Source: a virus (Duplodnaviria > Caudoviricetes). Taken from it: 64,000 nt of DNA. A program made the position numbers and the translations under genes. The notes under the pieces are model-generated. The model saw only the letters and a program-made list of their open reading frames with translations. It was not told where the DNA came from and did no database searches. The stretch lies in the IMG/VR virus record IMGVR_UViG_3300014697_000001, positions 32,001 to 96,000 of that record; one strand, written 5' to 3'. Positions 17,885-27,132 of this stretch are shown here, one piece after another (position 1 is the stretch's first letter; each line of letters starts with the position of its first letter).

Positions 17885-19480
17885 TCAGGCTTCCCCTGTC
17901 TTGGATTTAACGATGAGCTTCAATTGACCGACGGTGTCTGCTGTCCATGCATCGCCGGTGTGACTGACTGCCAGGTTCTCAAGTATAGGACCCATCCGGA
18001 AATCAGTATCCATGCGAAGGTTTTGTTCAGGACCCTGAACATCACCAACTTCACTGCGGACAATGAGTCGTTCTTCGGTACCAGGATCGCGTTTACCCGT
18101 CAGGCGCAACTGCACCATCTTGATATCAGCACTACCTACCACCGGAGTAGCAAACCGGAATGCAGCTTCAGATTCACTGATCGAGGTCCGAAGCACTGGC
18201 GATGCAGTATCAACCATGTTGTGGTTATAAGACATGTTTACCAGCGACGTAGGGTCGGTGTTGATCCGTACATCTGCAGGATCTCCCAGCAACTGGAAGT
18301 GCTGCATGCTCACGTACCTACTTGCGCTGCTGCCGATTACCTGTTTGGTTGACACCAGTCGATAGAACTTATAGGCGCCGACCTTGTCGACCGGAAGACT
18401 ATGGACGATTGTCGCCCCCGATGCATGAGCGGTGGCCTGGTTTGTCTTGGTGTCGAGTACAGTCCATTGCACACCATCCGAACTGGCTTCGAAGGTCCAA
18501 TCATCCATGAATCCGTAATCAGTCCCTACAGGCCGTTTGAGTGCATAGGCAGTCACTTTCTTGGCGGAGACAAAATCTACACCGAGGGTGTTCTTGCTAT
18601 CGGTCTGCTGGTTGCTGAACCCGGTTATGCCTGTGCCAAGAGGATCGGCGGCGGCGAAGAATGAACCCACGCGGGACCCGACAGTGGTCGACAATGTCAG
18701 CTTGATAGACCCTTCCTTGACATTGCTTTCAAGGTAACGGGGAATCAGGCCTTGGTACGTCTTGTCGACACCATCGACCTGGTAGGTGAGCCGTGGCTCG
18801 TCCAGGTACCCCCAGTCTTCTGGGAATGTTGTTTCGGCCACCGGAAGCCACTTGACCTGCACCGGACCCAACCGGTCGCAGGGGGTGTCATCTTCCGTAT
18901 CCCAGAGGACGTACAAGTCCGAGAAGTCCATGACAACACCTGGGTTTCCACTGGGAACTGTGTTGAAATACTGCCAGATACCGAAGGTTGACGCCATGGT
19001 CATAGTCCATGCCCCACTTGCCTTCATTTCGCCGTTAATCCACAGTTCCAGGACCTTTTTGGCCACATCGATTACATACTCGACGTAATGCTCGCCAGGC
19101 GTTAGCTTGGAAATGATATCGATCGACGGACTCCATCCAACGCCATCGATAAGGACCATTGGTGCGGAAGGGTAATTCGCTACTATGGAATTGATATGGA
19201 TTCGGTACCCGATCACACCTTTTGTAAGTTTGGTCTGATTACCAAACCATGTCGACAGGGGTAGATTTTCGGTAAATCTGAAGACTCGGTTACCGGAATT
19301 GTTGTAGTAAACCAAGGCTGCCTGTAACCGAACCCGGCCATCGCGTTTAACCGTGTTCCACTGCATCGCAGTGGACGTTGATCCATCCAGTAGATCGAAG
19401 CCTTCGTGCCTAATGCGCGTTACACTGATGCCACTGATCAACGGCATCTGATCAAACCCGATCATGTTCACAATAGCCAT
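17885..19480 (-). CDS. virion structural protein with inserted discoidin/F5-8 type C-like domain
   Basis: Paralogue of 16836 plus VTAYAL...DWTFEASSDGVQWTVLD...YKFYRL. Confidence 0.8.
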   Translation of the reverse strand: MAIVNMIGFDQMPLISGISVTRIRHEGFDLLDGSTSTAMQWNTVKRDGRVRLQAALVYYNNSGNRVFRFTENLPLSTWFGNQTKLTKGVIGYRIHINSIVANYPSAPMVLIDGVGWSPSIDIISKLTPGEHYVEYVIDVAKKVLELWINGEMKASGAWTMTMASTFGIWQYFNTVPSGNPGVVMDFSDLYVLWDTEDDTPCDRLGPVQVKWLPVAETTFPEDWGYLDEPRLTYQVDGVDKTYQGLIPRYLESNVKEGSIKLTLSTTVGSRVGSFFAAADPLGTGITGFSNQQTDSKNTLGVDFVSAKKVTAYALKRPVGTDYGFMDDWTFEASSDGVQWTVLDTKTNQATAHASGATIVHSLPVDKVGAYKFYRLVSTKQVIGSSASRYVSMQHFQLLGDPADVRINTDPTSLVNMSYNHNMVDTASPVLRTSISESEAAFRFATPVVGSADIKMVQLRLTGKRDPGTEERLIVRSEVGDVQGPEQNLRMDTDFRMGPILENLAVSHTGDAWTADTVGQLKLIVKSKTGEA

Positions 19481-19481
19481 C

Positions 19482-19829
19482 TCACACCTCCATCAGGTTG
19501 TATTGTAGGCACACTTTGCCAGTCGGTGCCATTGACCCTTCAGGGAACATCAACATCAAGACATGGCTGTATTTGGAGTTAGTGGGCAAGTCAGGTGTGT
19601 TAACGCCGTTGTAGCAGACATGGACATTGGTCAGGTTCCACTGAACACTTACGTCATCTGTCACCCAACTGTCTTTACCCTCGCCCTTGTCGATTTCCTG
19701 AAGAAGCGCCACCATACCCAGCGCGGTATCGTCTTTCAGGACAGTGTCAACTTGGATGGTCTTCAGCGCTTCTGCCACCGGAGTGAAGTCCGTACCAAAG
19801 AAGTAGTTGATCCATTTACGTTCAGTCAT
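19482..19829 (-). CDS. C-terminal half of a split YxRLxL-family virion protein
   Basis: YNGVNTPDLPTNSKYSHV matches the 21237 protein; AGGTGG SD at the TAATGATG junction. Confidence 0.7.
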   Translation of the reverse strand: MTERKWINYFFGTDFTPVAEALKTIQVDTVLKDDTALGMVALLQEIDKGEGKDSWVTDDVSVQWNLTNVHVCYNGVNTPDLPTNSKYSHVLMLMFPEGSMAPTGKVCLQYNLMEV

Positions 19830-19831
19830 CA

Positions 19832-20311
19832 TTACCACCTGAGGCTGGTGTCAGTCACCGCCAGTGAAAGGGGTGGTAGATCCCGGAAAGTGAAGACTCC
19901 GGTCCCATACCAACCATGAGATTCAGGTTTAGCAGTCAGTGTCACCTGGAAGGTCCCATCCTCGAGCGCCACGACAGGCGAATCTTCCACCGCCTCATCT
20001 GTCAGATTGACACTGGTGGCATCGCGGAAGTTATCGAGCATCTCATAGAGCGTGGCTCCTGGACTGATGTTCGGGAGTACAGGGAACTTAGCAGCCAACT
20101 CAGCGAAGGGAAGACGGTTATACTGAATGACCGCCGTCCCCCGATACTGGTATGCGGGCTGACAGGTAATACGCACCTTGACTACTTTGCCTGAGGGATC
20201 GTCTACTGGAACCACCGGACTCATGTGAAGTCCTGTGTGATCCAGTGTTGCCAATGTTTCTCGGTTCAGTCCCGAGATGACATCAGCCTTGGAGCCTTGT
20301 ATCAGCGCCAT
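19832..20311 (-). CDS. N-terminal half of a split YxRLxL-family virion protein
   Basis: YRGTAVIQYNRLP...SHGWYG. Confidence 0.75.
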   Translation of the reverse strand: MALIQGSKADVISGLNRETLATLDHTGLHMSPVVPVDDPSGKVVKVRITCQPAYQYRGTAVIQYNRLPFAELAAKFPVLPNISPGATLYEMLDNFRDATSVNLTDEAVEDSPVVALEDGTFQVTLTAKPESHGWYGTGVFTFRDLPPLSLAVTDTSLRW

Positions 20312-20326
20312 GGGTCACCTCGACCG

Positions 20327-21187
20327 TTATACGTTGTAATGCATAATGATTTTTCCTGCAAACCAGCTATCGTCTCGACTGGAGATTAGGATCACGCGGT
20401 TGAACCTGCTAGCATTCCCTTCAGGGGCGTTGATGTTCGGTAAACTGAACCGAGTGAACACCAGCCCACCTATCCCTCCAACTTCCGTATGAGGTTTGTT
20501 GGTGTCTAGCATGATGCCAGAGACCTGCCGGTACCAGCCTATCAACTGGTTAAGTCCAATGTCGAACCTGTTGATGGTCCAATTGTTGGATATGTTCCCG
20601 GCCACTGCTGCATACGCACTGAAATCAAGCCCGACGTTAACCAACGACAGCAGGGGTTTACCTTCCACATAGCGACTGTCCCAGAAGCGACTCTGAAAGG
20701 TCTCCACGTTGGCTGGAAGGATCTGATCGAGTGCTCGCTTACCACGGGTATAGGTGAACCTGAACCGACCCTTGTACGTCAGCGATGTCGGTAAGATGTC
20801 GACGGTGTAGGTGGTTCCGCCCCAAGTTGTATTGGGAAGATCATCATCTACCAGCGTCAGACCAAACAGTTGGTTTATCTGTTCACGCAGAATCGTCCGA
20901 TCGATGGAGCCAGACGGCGTCCAACGGTCTATCTTAATCGTCATGTTGGCAAATAGCCTACTGACGTCGATTCGACGATAGTGGACAATCTGTTTCCCGA
21001 TGTAAAACGACTCTGGGGTAGCATACAACTCGAGGGAGGTGTCTGCGATCTCGCCGGCGGCGGGCGTTCGGTTAAAGGGTAATCCGAGCCGTGTATTGAC
21101 CAGATCCCTCGGTTCCAACAACCCAGGGTTGGACTCATTGATCAGGTTGTACAACAGGTCTATCTGAGGTTTTGAGTAATAAGACAT
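20327..21187 (-). CDS. virion structural protein (YxRLxL family)
   Basis: YIGKQIVHYRRIDV; ends MHYNV. Confidence 0.85.
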   Translation of the reverse strand: MSYYSKPQIDLLYNLINESNPGLLEPRDLVNTRLGLPFNRTPAAGEIADTSLELYATPESFYIGKQIVHYRRIDVSRLFANMTIKIDRWTPSGSIDRTILREQINQLFGLTLVDDDLPNTTWGGTTYTVDILPTSLTYKGRFRFTYTRGKRALDQILPANVETFQSRFWDSRYVEGKPLLSLVNVGLDFSAYAAVAGNISNNWTINRFDIGLNQLIGWYRQVSGIMLDTNKPHTEVGGIGGLVFTRFSLPNINAPEGNASRFNRVILISSRDDSWFAGKIIMHYNV

Positions 21188-21236
21188 TGTGAGTTCCGCC
21201 CATGTCAGGTCCCTGGCCTAGGCCAGGGACTTATGC

Positions 21237-22112
21237 TCAGACTGCGTTAGGATCGATTGGATCGTCGTAATGCAGGTAGAAGACACCGGGCGGCGTGATC
21301 ACGGTGTCACGCATCTTGATTCCTACCACGTACTTGTAGGACGAGTTGGTGGGCAGCAGCGGACTGTTGATGCCGTTATACACCACCTCAGCACCCCCAA
21401 GCGCCCATGTGGTCGCCGCACCGTCCAATGTCCACAGGCTCTTGCCGACGTTGGTATCGAGTGCCTTGATAGCATCCAGAAGCGTTGTATCTGTGTCGTC
21501 GATGAACTGACCTACCGTCAGGACGTCAAGCAGATCCTTGTACGCGGTAAAGTCGTACGGGTACAGATAGGTCAGTGCAGACCCCTGCGCACCGTCACCC
21601 TCGACCGGGTAGTCAAAGCCTGGGAGCTGAGTAGTGGTCAGGTGATCGGCCAGGACGGCATCACCCTGCTGGACCATGATCTCAACCTGACCGATCCAAC
21701 CGACTGCATGTGGTTGAGCCCGGAGTACGCACGCCACTGGCACGTCGCCGATTTCGGGCAGGGGTTCATCGATGAACTCATCGGGGTCCAGGACGATGCC
21801 GTAACGAAGCCTCAGGGGCTTGATGAGGTCATGGGTCGTGTCCGGCAAGTAGTTCTTGATGGACAGGGGGATCAGCTTGTTGAAATCGTCCAGCTTCAGA
21901 CGGTCGTAACAGATGACCCTGCTGCCTTGAAAGGAGGACGCCTCTTTGGCGGTGATCTTGATTGCGGTATTGCGGTCGATCAGACCTTCACGCCACGTCC
22001 CTGCAATAGGGGTGGGTAGGCCAAAATCCAGTTCAGCTACAGTCAGAGCGGCGCTGTTGGCGCTGTTGATGTAATCGACCAAGCTCTGTTTGGCGGTACG
22101 ATGAATACTCAT
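21237..22112 (-). CDS. virion structural protein (YxRLxL family)
   Basis: RNT...FQGSRVICYDRLKL; ends LHYDDP. Confidence 0.85.
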   Translation of the reverse strand: MSIHRTAKQSLVDYINSANSAALTVAELDFGLPTPIAGTWREGLIDRNTAIKITAKEASSFQGSRVICYDRLKLDDFNKLIPLSIKNYLPDTTHDLIKPLRLRYGIVLDPDEFIDEPLPEIGDVPVACVLRAQPHAVGWIGQVEIMVQQGDAVLADHLTTTQLPGFDYPVEGDGAQGSALTYLYPYDFTAYKDLLDVLTVGQFIDDTDTTLLDAIKALDTNVGKSLWTLDGAATTWALGGAEVVYNGINSPLLPTNSSYKYVVGIKMRDTVITPPGVFYLHYDDPIDPNAV

Positions 22113-22123
22113 ATTCAGTGCCC

Positions 22124-23122
22124 TTAGACGTTATAGTGGAAGTAGAGCTTACCCGCACCCCATGGGCAATCGTCTGGCAGTGTCAGAACAAGTACCCGGT
22201 TAAAGAACTCGGAGTTTGCCTCAGGTACTGCGGCATGCGGCAGTATGTACCGGTTGATGCGTGCGCCCGTCATCCCCAGTTCCTTGACGAGATAACCGGT
22301 TGTTGGATCGCTACCATCGTACGCGACCCCGTTGGTAGAAGCGGAGCGACCGACGTAGCGTGTAGCGGTGATCCGCGGGCCATTTCTGGGAATGACCATC
22401 GGGAAGACTTCGTTGATCAGTTGTGTGTGTAATAATGATACGTTGGTGCCAGCCCACTGGCCCAGGAAGGAAGCGCTCGTCACCCAGCTACTGTCAAGTA
22501 TGGCCGACTTATTGGAATAATCGGTGTTAAAGCCGTCTGGGGTGATCCAGTACTTGCGCATCGGATCGTCCTGGTCGTTACCGCCCGGATATAGACGTCC
22601 GCCCATCACATCCACTGGCAGCAACGATTCCAGTGTTCGTTCGCCTACGAACCATTTGGCCTGAATGGTTCCGATAAAAACCAAGTTACTGCTCGTGGGA
22701 GAAAGGATAAACGCGTCTCCCCGGATACCGTTATAGCCCGTCAACCACCCGTTATTCCACTCACCCACTGTGAACGGTATGCCGTACTTTTCAGAGTACA
22801 GTGGCAGTAAGGTATCGATCTGGATCAGGTTGCCGCTCGCCTGACCGCCATTCGCCACCCACTTCTGTACTTCCAGCGTCATGTTGCGGAAAAGAAAGCC
22901 CACATTCAACCGCCGGTAAGTCACTACAATGTTGCCAATGTAGTTGGTGTTCGGTTTGGCGATCACCCGGATCTTGGTGTTGTGGCCATTGCCTGGATCG
23001 GTGATCGTCTCAGGCAGGGTGAAATCAAAATCAGTGTCATTGATCGGGAAGGGGAGGTTGGGATTCCCTTCGTTAATCAGATCGACCAGCATCTGCTTGG
23101 CCGTTTTGGTATAGATAGCCAT
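22124..23122 (-). CDS. virion structural protein (YxRLxL family)
   Basis: HNT...YIGNIVVTYRRLNV; ends FHYNV. Confidence 0.85.
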   Translation of the reverse strand: MAIYTKTAKQMLVDLINEGNPNLPFPINDTDFDFTLPETITDPGNGHNTKIRVIAKPNTNYIGNIVVTYRRLNVGFLFRNMTLEVQKWVANGGQASGNLIQIDTLLPLYSEKYGIPFTVGEWNNGWLTGYNGIRGDAFILSPTSSNLVFIGTIQAKWFVGERTLESLLPVDVMGGRLYPGGNDQDDPMRKYWITPDGFNTDYSNKSAILDSSWVTSASFLGQWAGTNVSLLHTQLINEVFPMVIPRNGPRITATRYVGRSASTNGVAYDGSDPTTGYLVKELGMTGARINRYILPHAAVPEANSEFFNRVLVLTLPDDCPWGAGKLYFHYNV

Positions 23123-23157
23123 GCGCTAACCCTTTCATGAAAAGTAACTGGGAGACT

Positions 23158-23961
23158 TTACCAGTCCAGATCGTAATGGAAATACAGCGGTCCCATTACC
23201 CCACCGGTGGCGTACGTCTGGATCATCACACGTTGGAACTTCGGATTGGCGTTAGCGATCTCGCTCGTCGCCCGATCCACCACGGAGTTATTATTCCATG
23301 ACGGCAGTCCGGCTTTGGCACCGATTTCAAGTACGCGGCTGAAGTTCGCCCAGCGGCCTGTTTTCGGGTCAATCTGAAGATCTTTCTTATAGCCGGTAAA
23401 GTCGAAGTTATACGTGGACATGTACCCATACCGACGGTTCGATCCTAGAATCGTGAGGTCGGTCGGATGATCAAGCAGAGGCAATAACCGAACCAGAACA
23501 ACGGTTTCCAGCAGAGGGTTACCGTACGTGGTCTCGACCACCACCCGACCCATCCAGTTCCACGAGTTGTCCTTGACCTGGATCTCAATCAATTGAGTGG
23601 TTTCAAGGGTATCGAACTCAGGGATTACCGGTTCCTGGATATCGACTGGCTCGAGGTACAAGCCGTACTTGTTATTCAGGTGACTTAGCAGCCAGTCTCG
23701 GTTGATGGTTCCGTTGGTCCGGGCTTTCGCCGCGACTCCGTCACCACTAAACAAGGCAGAAAGGTCATGCCGATCAAAGAGGATCTCTACCTCGCCCTTG
23801 TATCCCTTCCCTACGATGCCTGAGAGCACCACACCGGTATTTCTCACTCCACCGCTGGCCTTAGCCATGGGTGTTGCCATCTCGACGTTATCGAGCCTTA
23901 CAGGGATGCGTAGATCGTTCTGCTCATTGACCAGTTGCAGAACTTTAAGACGTCCGTCCAT
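23158..23961 (-). CDS. virion structural protein (YxRLxL family)
   Basis: RNT...YKGEVEILFDRHDL; ends FHYDLDW. Confidence 0.85.
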   Translation of the reverse strand: MDGRLKVLQLVNEQNDLRIPVRLDNVEMATPMAKASGGVRNTGVVLSGIVGKGYKGEVEILFDRHDLSALFSGDGVAAKARTNGTINRDWLLSHLNNKYGLYLEPVDIQEPVIPEFDTLETTQLIEIQVKDNSWNWMGRVVVETTYGNPLLETVVLVRLLPLLDHPTDLTILGSNRRYGYMSTYNFDFTGYKKDLQIDPKTGRWANFSRVLEIGAKAGLPSWNNNSVVDRATSEIANANPKFQRVMIQTYATGGVMGPLYFHYDLDW

Positions 23962-23974
23962 CAGATCACCTCAC

Positions 23975-24820
23975 TTAAGCTTGAGCGAACGGGTCGACCG
24001 GATCACTGAAGTGGATGATAAGATCCCCACTGATTCCGAATGCATCGTTGTGGTCAAGACCCACAATCAGTCCGTAATCGTAGTTGTCGTTGAACAGACC
24101 GTTCTCTGCAGTAGGACCTGCAAACTTGATGATTGCACCCCCCAGACTGAACTGACTGTAACCGGTATGGGCCCAAGTGTCGCCCGTGATGTCGGTCAGG
24201 ATCGTCGCCAGCTCTACCGGGATGGCCTGACCTGCGACCAGGGTCTTCAGATAAGCGGCGTGCTCGGAAAAATCACGCCAGTAGCTGTAGAACTGCGCAA
24301 AGGGCAGGGTGGCGTACTGAGTCGGGTATTGGAACCCAGGTAGCGCCGTGTTGACCAGGTAGTTCTCCAGTGGGATGTCACCCTGTTTGACAGAAACATC
24401 CACTGTCCCGATCCAGCCCAGACTGGTTTCCTCAGCCGTCAATGTGACGGTCTTATAGGTCACCATGTCCACCGCATCTACCAGCACGATATCGGTCGGC
24501 TCGAGGTTCAGACCGAAACGCTCATTGATGTATGGCAGGATATCGTGAGAGTTGCTGAACTCAGGTGCCTGAATGCTCAGCGTTACAAGCTTTGGAAGGT
24601 CAGCCAGGCTCAACCGGTTATAGAAGATCTGTACCGAACCCTGATAAGGGGCGACGTTGTTGTTGGCGGTGACGGTGACGTAGGTGTTTTGCCCTGGATT
24701 GGTTCCGGTGTCGTTGACCGTCGGATTCTCAAAGTCATAATCTTCAGGACTCAGCTGAATCCCGTTGTTTTGGGCAATCACACCCAGCAGGGTTGTTACT
24801 GGGTCCTTATAAAGAGACAT
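23975..24820 (-). CDS. virion structural protein (YxRLxL family)
   Basis: QNT...YQGSVQIFYNRLSL. Confidence 0.85.
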   Translation of the reverse strand: MSLYKDPVTTLLGVIAQNNGIQLSPEDYDFENPTVNDTGTNPGQNTYVTVTANNNVAPYQGSVQIFYNRLSLADLPKLVTLSIQAPEFSNSHDILPYINERFGLNLEPTDIVLVDAVDMVTYKTVTLTAEETSLGWIGTVDVSVKQGDIPLENYLVNTALPGFQYPTQYATLPFAQFYSYWRDFSEHAAYLKTLVAGQAIPVELATILTDITGDTWAHTGYSQFSLGGAIIKFAGPTAENGLFNDNYDYGLIVGLDHNDAFGISGDLIIHFSDPVDPFAQA

Positions 24821-24834
24821 GAGTAAAACTCCGA

Positions 24835-25674
24835 TTAGATGTTGTAATGAAAGTACGCGGTACCAGAAAAGCCGTTACTTCGAATGCCAGTCTGTACAGC
24901 AACGTGCGAGAAGTTACGGTTAGCATCTGGTAGAGACTTGGTCTCGTAGACCTTGACCGAATCGGTGGAGGTCGACGATGCGTCAATGGCTGGCCAGTCG
25001 GCAATGTTGTACAGCTCTTGCAGTTTGGCTCGAAGCCCAGCATGGTCTGTCCAGTTTCCACGGTAATAGGCCCCGTTAGGACTGACTCTTAACTGAGGGC
25101 GAATAAGGGTAAAGTCCAACCCCCACGTGGTCAACCCAGCGCTCCGGTACCCGTCCAACACTGGATCTGGATGGGTAAGCTTGGCCACTGCACGCGTATG
25201 GATGACATCTGTTAACATCAACTGCCTGCGATTGAACAGGACTGTGGTGTATCCTTTATAGGCAATCGAACCCGGTTTTGCTTCCAGTTCAATCAGAACC
25301 TGCTCACCGGTACCGAGAAGCTTGAGGTCAATGTTGACCAGATCGTCTTCAGTCAGGGTGATGCCCAAGGCTTTACTGATTTCAGGCAACAGCCTGTGCA
25401 GAGATGACTGTCCTAGGGCACTGAACTCGGCGCGGTAATTGCCACCAAACAGGACGCCCAGATCAAGGCGGTTGTAGTAAACTTTGACCTGCCCCTTGTA
25501 ATCTTCGCCAGCCACACCTCGAACATTCAACTGAGTGTTGGCATTACCGAATCCCAGTAGATCACTTGGTTTGCCCAAAATGAGGTTAGTGGGCGTGAAT
25601 TCGATTTCAGGGGTGTTGGTCTGGTTGAGGAGATCCCTCAATTGCTGTTCGGGACGTTGTTGATATTGCTGCAT
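24835..25674 (-). CDS. virion structural protein (YxRLxL family)
   Basis: ANT...YKGQVKVYYNRLDL; ends FHYNI. Confidence 0.85.
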   Translation of the reverse strand: MQQYQQRPEQQLRDLLNQTNTPEIEFTPTNLILGKPSDLLGFGNANTQLNVRGVAGEDYKGQVKVYYNRLDLGVLFGGNYRAEFSALGQSSLHRLLPEISKALGITLTEDDLVNIDLKLLGTGEQVLIELEAKPGSIAYKGYTTVLFNRRQLMLTDVIHTRAVAKLTHPDPVLDGYRSAGLTTWGLDFTLIRPQLRVSPNGAYYRGNWTDHAGLRAKLQELYNIADWPAIDASSTSTDSVKVYETKSLPDANRNFSHVAVQTGIRSNGFSGTAYFHYNI

Positions 25675-25744
25675 GATAGACTCACCTTAAGAGGAAGCTA
25701 TAACCGCTGGGAAAGGAAGACCTAACCCAGCGGTAAGCAGATGC

Positions 25745-26254
25745 TTACATCGTCAGGGTCAGACCATCCAGTACAGGCTTGGTGACGGCAACTGCCAGAT
25801 CCACGTCAGCGGCCTGGATGCTGAGAACGACTTGACCACGGTAGGCATAGGAGCCAGCAGCAGCGATCATGGTCCACTGCTGAGGGGTGCTGGTCAGCTC
25901 CGCCGGCATGGTCAGGTCGTTACGGATGTCATCCAGTTGCAGGTTGGAGCCGTAGAAGGCATTGAAACCATTCAGGATGTTCTGAAGGGTGATGTCGCCT
26001 TCGACCTGGATGGCCGATGGGACAGCGTCTTCGAACGCCTGAAGTGGAATACGGTTGTACAACAGGGTGGTGGTACCCTTGTACCCCTTACCGGGGATAC
26101 CTTCGATTACCAGTTCGGTATCGCGTTCTGGTGCCTCACCCGGAGCAGCAGTCGGCACACCGAAGGAAACACTGTCGAATGTGAGGTTGAGTAGGTTTTC
26201 ATCATTGATCAGGGCCAGGACCTGATCTTTTGCGAGCATCGATACGTTATACAT
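25745..26254 (-). CDS. virion structural protein (YxRLxL family, N-domain only)
   Basis: RDT...YKGTTTLLYNRIPL...SYAYRG. Confidence 0.85.
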   Translation of the reverse strand: MYNVSMLAKDQVLALINDENLLNLTFDSVSFGVPTAAPGEAPERDTELVIEGIPGKGYKGTTTLLYNRIPLQAFEDAVPSAIQVEGDITLQNILNGFNAFYGSNLQLDDIRNDLTMPAELTSTPQQWTMIAAAGSYAYRGQVVLSIQAADVDLAVAVTKPVLDGLTLTM

Positions 26255-26365
26255 GTCAAGGTACCTGATGGGGAAGGATTGGTGGACGGTCCAACGAGAC
26301 TCAGTAAAAAGCTTCGTATAGTTAACCGGTCACACATCATTTGACCCCACAGTCGCGTATTTTCA

Positions 26366-26405
26366 CAATTCAAAAGAATTATAGCCCTACATTGTAGAGG
26401 TGATG
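26366..26405 (+). promoter_or_regulatory. putative early promoter
   Basis: CAATTC-N16-TACATTGTAGAGGTGA. Confidence 0.65.
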
Positions 26406-26582
26406 AACACAGCAATTTCAATCCCATTATATGTACAGGTACTTTCGAGTACACGTAAGGGGGTGATCCAGCCTAGTTCCTTCCCGGATCAGTGAGCCTT
26501 GTCGGGAGACATTGCATCTGTTCCAACGGCGCCTGTGCATCAGACCACATCGAAGGGCAATTCCCTCGATGTGGTCTTTTAT
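26402..26582 (+). ncRNA. candidate structured RNA with 18-nt complement of the 16S rRNA 3' end (contains a 30-codon ORF, 26403-26495)
   Basis: Lies between a promoter motif and a terminator. TAAGGGGGTGATCCAGCC at 26456-26473; UUCG hairpin at 26439-26452; closing helix 26431-26439/26532-26540. Confidence 0.6.
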
Positions 26583-26588
26583 GCCGCC
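26542..26588 (+). terminator. intrinsic terminator
   Basis: AGACCACATCGAAGGG-CAATT-CCCTCGATGTGGTCT-TTT then ATGCCG. Confidence 0.8.
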
Positions 26589-26626
26589 TGCCAATCATTT
26601 GACCATTGCCTCAAGGAGGTAACACC

Positions 26627-27010
26627 ATGCGTAATGTTGGTATCAACTTGATCCTGGCTGACTCGATGTCAGCTGTGGATGCCATCGCCGTAGAACTTGA
26701 TATTGAGGAAGTCTACCCGGTAGAGGAGCTTATCCAGACCTACCGTACCAGTCCTCATGCCACCTATTTCGCCCTGGGTGATTCGGTTCCAGAGCTGGAG
26801 CAACTGGCTACCTATTTTACTGTCCGACGTGGAGTCATTCGGGTAGACGGGAAGGATAAATTTCTCGGCTCCAATGTCGACTGGATGACTAAACTGCTGG
26901 TCAAGACTTCTAAAACAGCCGCGGCCGGGAAAGTTCAGACCATCCGAAGCTTCACAGTCCCTGAAGAGAAAGACGACCCGTTCGAAGAATTGGGATATGC
27001 CCGACGTTAA
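26627..27010 (+). CDS. hypothetical protein
   Basis: AAGGAGGT SD; followed by a terminator at 27014-27065. Confidence 0.8.
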   Translation: MRNVGINLILADSMSAVDAIAVELDIEEVYPVEELIQTYRTSPHATYFALGDSVPELEQLATYFTVRRGVIRVDGKDKFLGSNVDWMTKLLVKTSKTAAAGKVQTIRSFTVPEEKDDPFEELGYARR

Positions 27011-27132
27011 ATTATAGAGGCCGGGGACATCCCCGGCCTCTATGGTCTCTCTTTTTTTTTCTTTTCCCGTAATCAAAAACATTACAGCCGTACATTATCG
27101 AGGAGCACACACAACCAATAGGAGTATTACCC

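Noticed and set aside
26456-26473. rRNA gene fragment or primer contamination
   Set aside because: The match is limited to 18 nt, differs from the exact complement by an A-to-G change that preserves pairing, and is embedded in a promoter-structure-terminator unit
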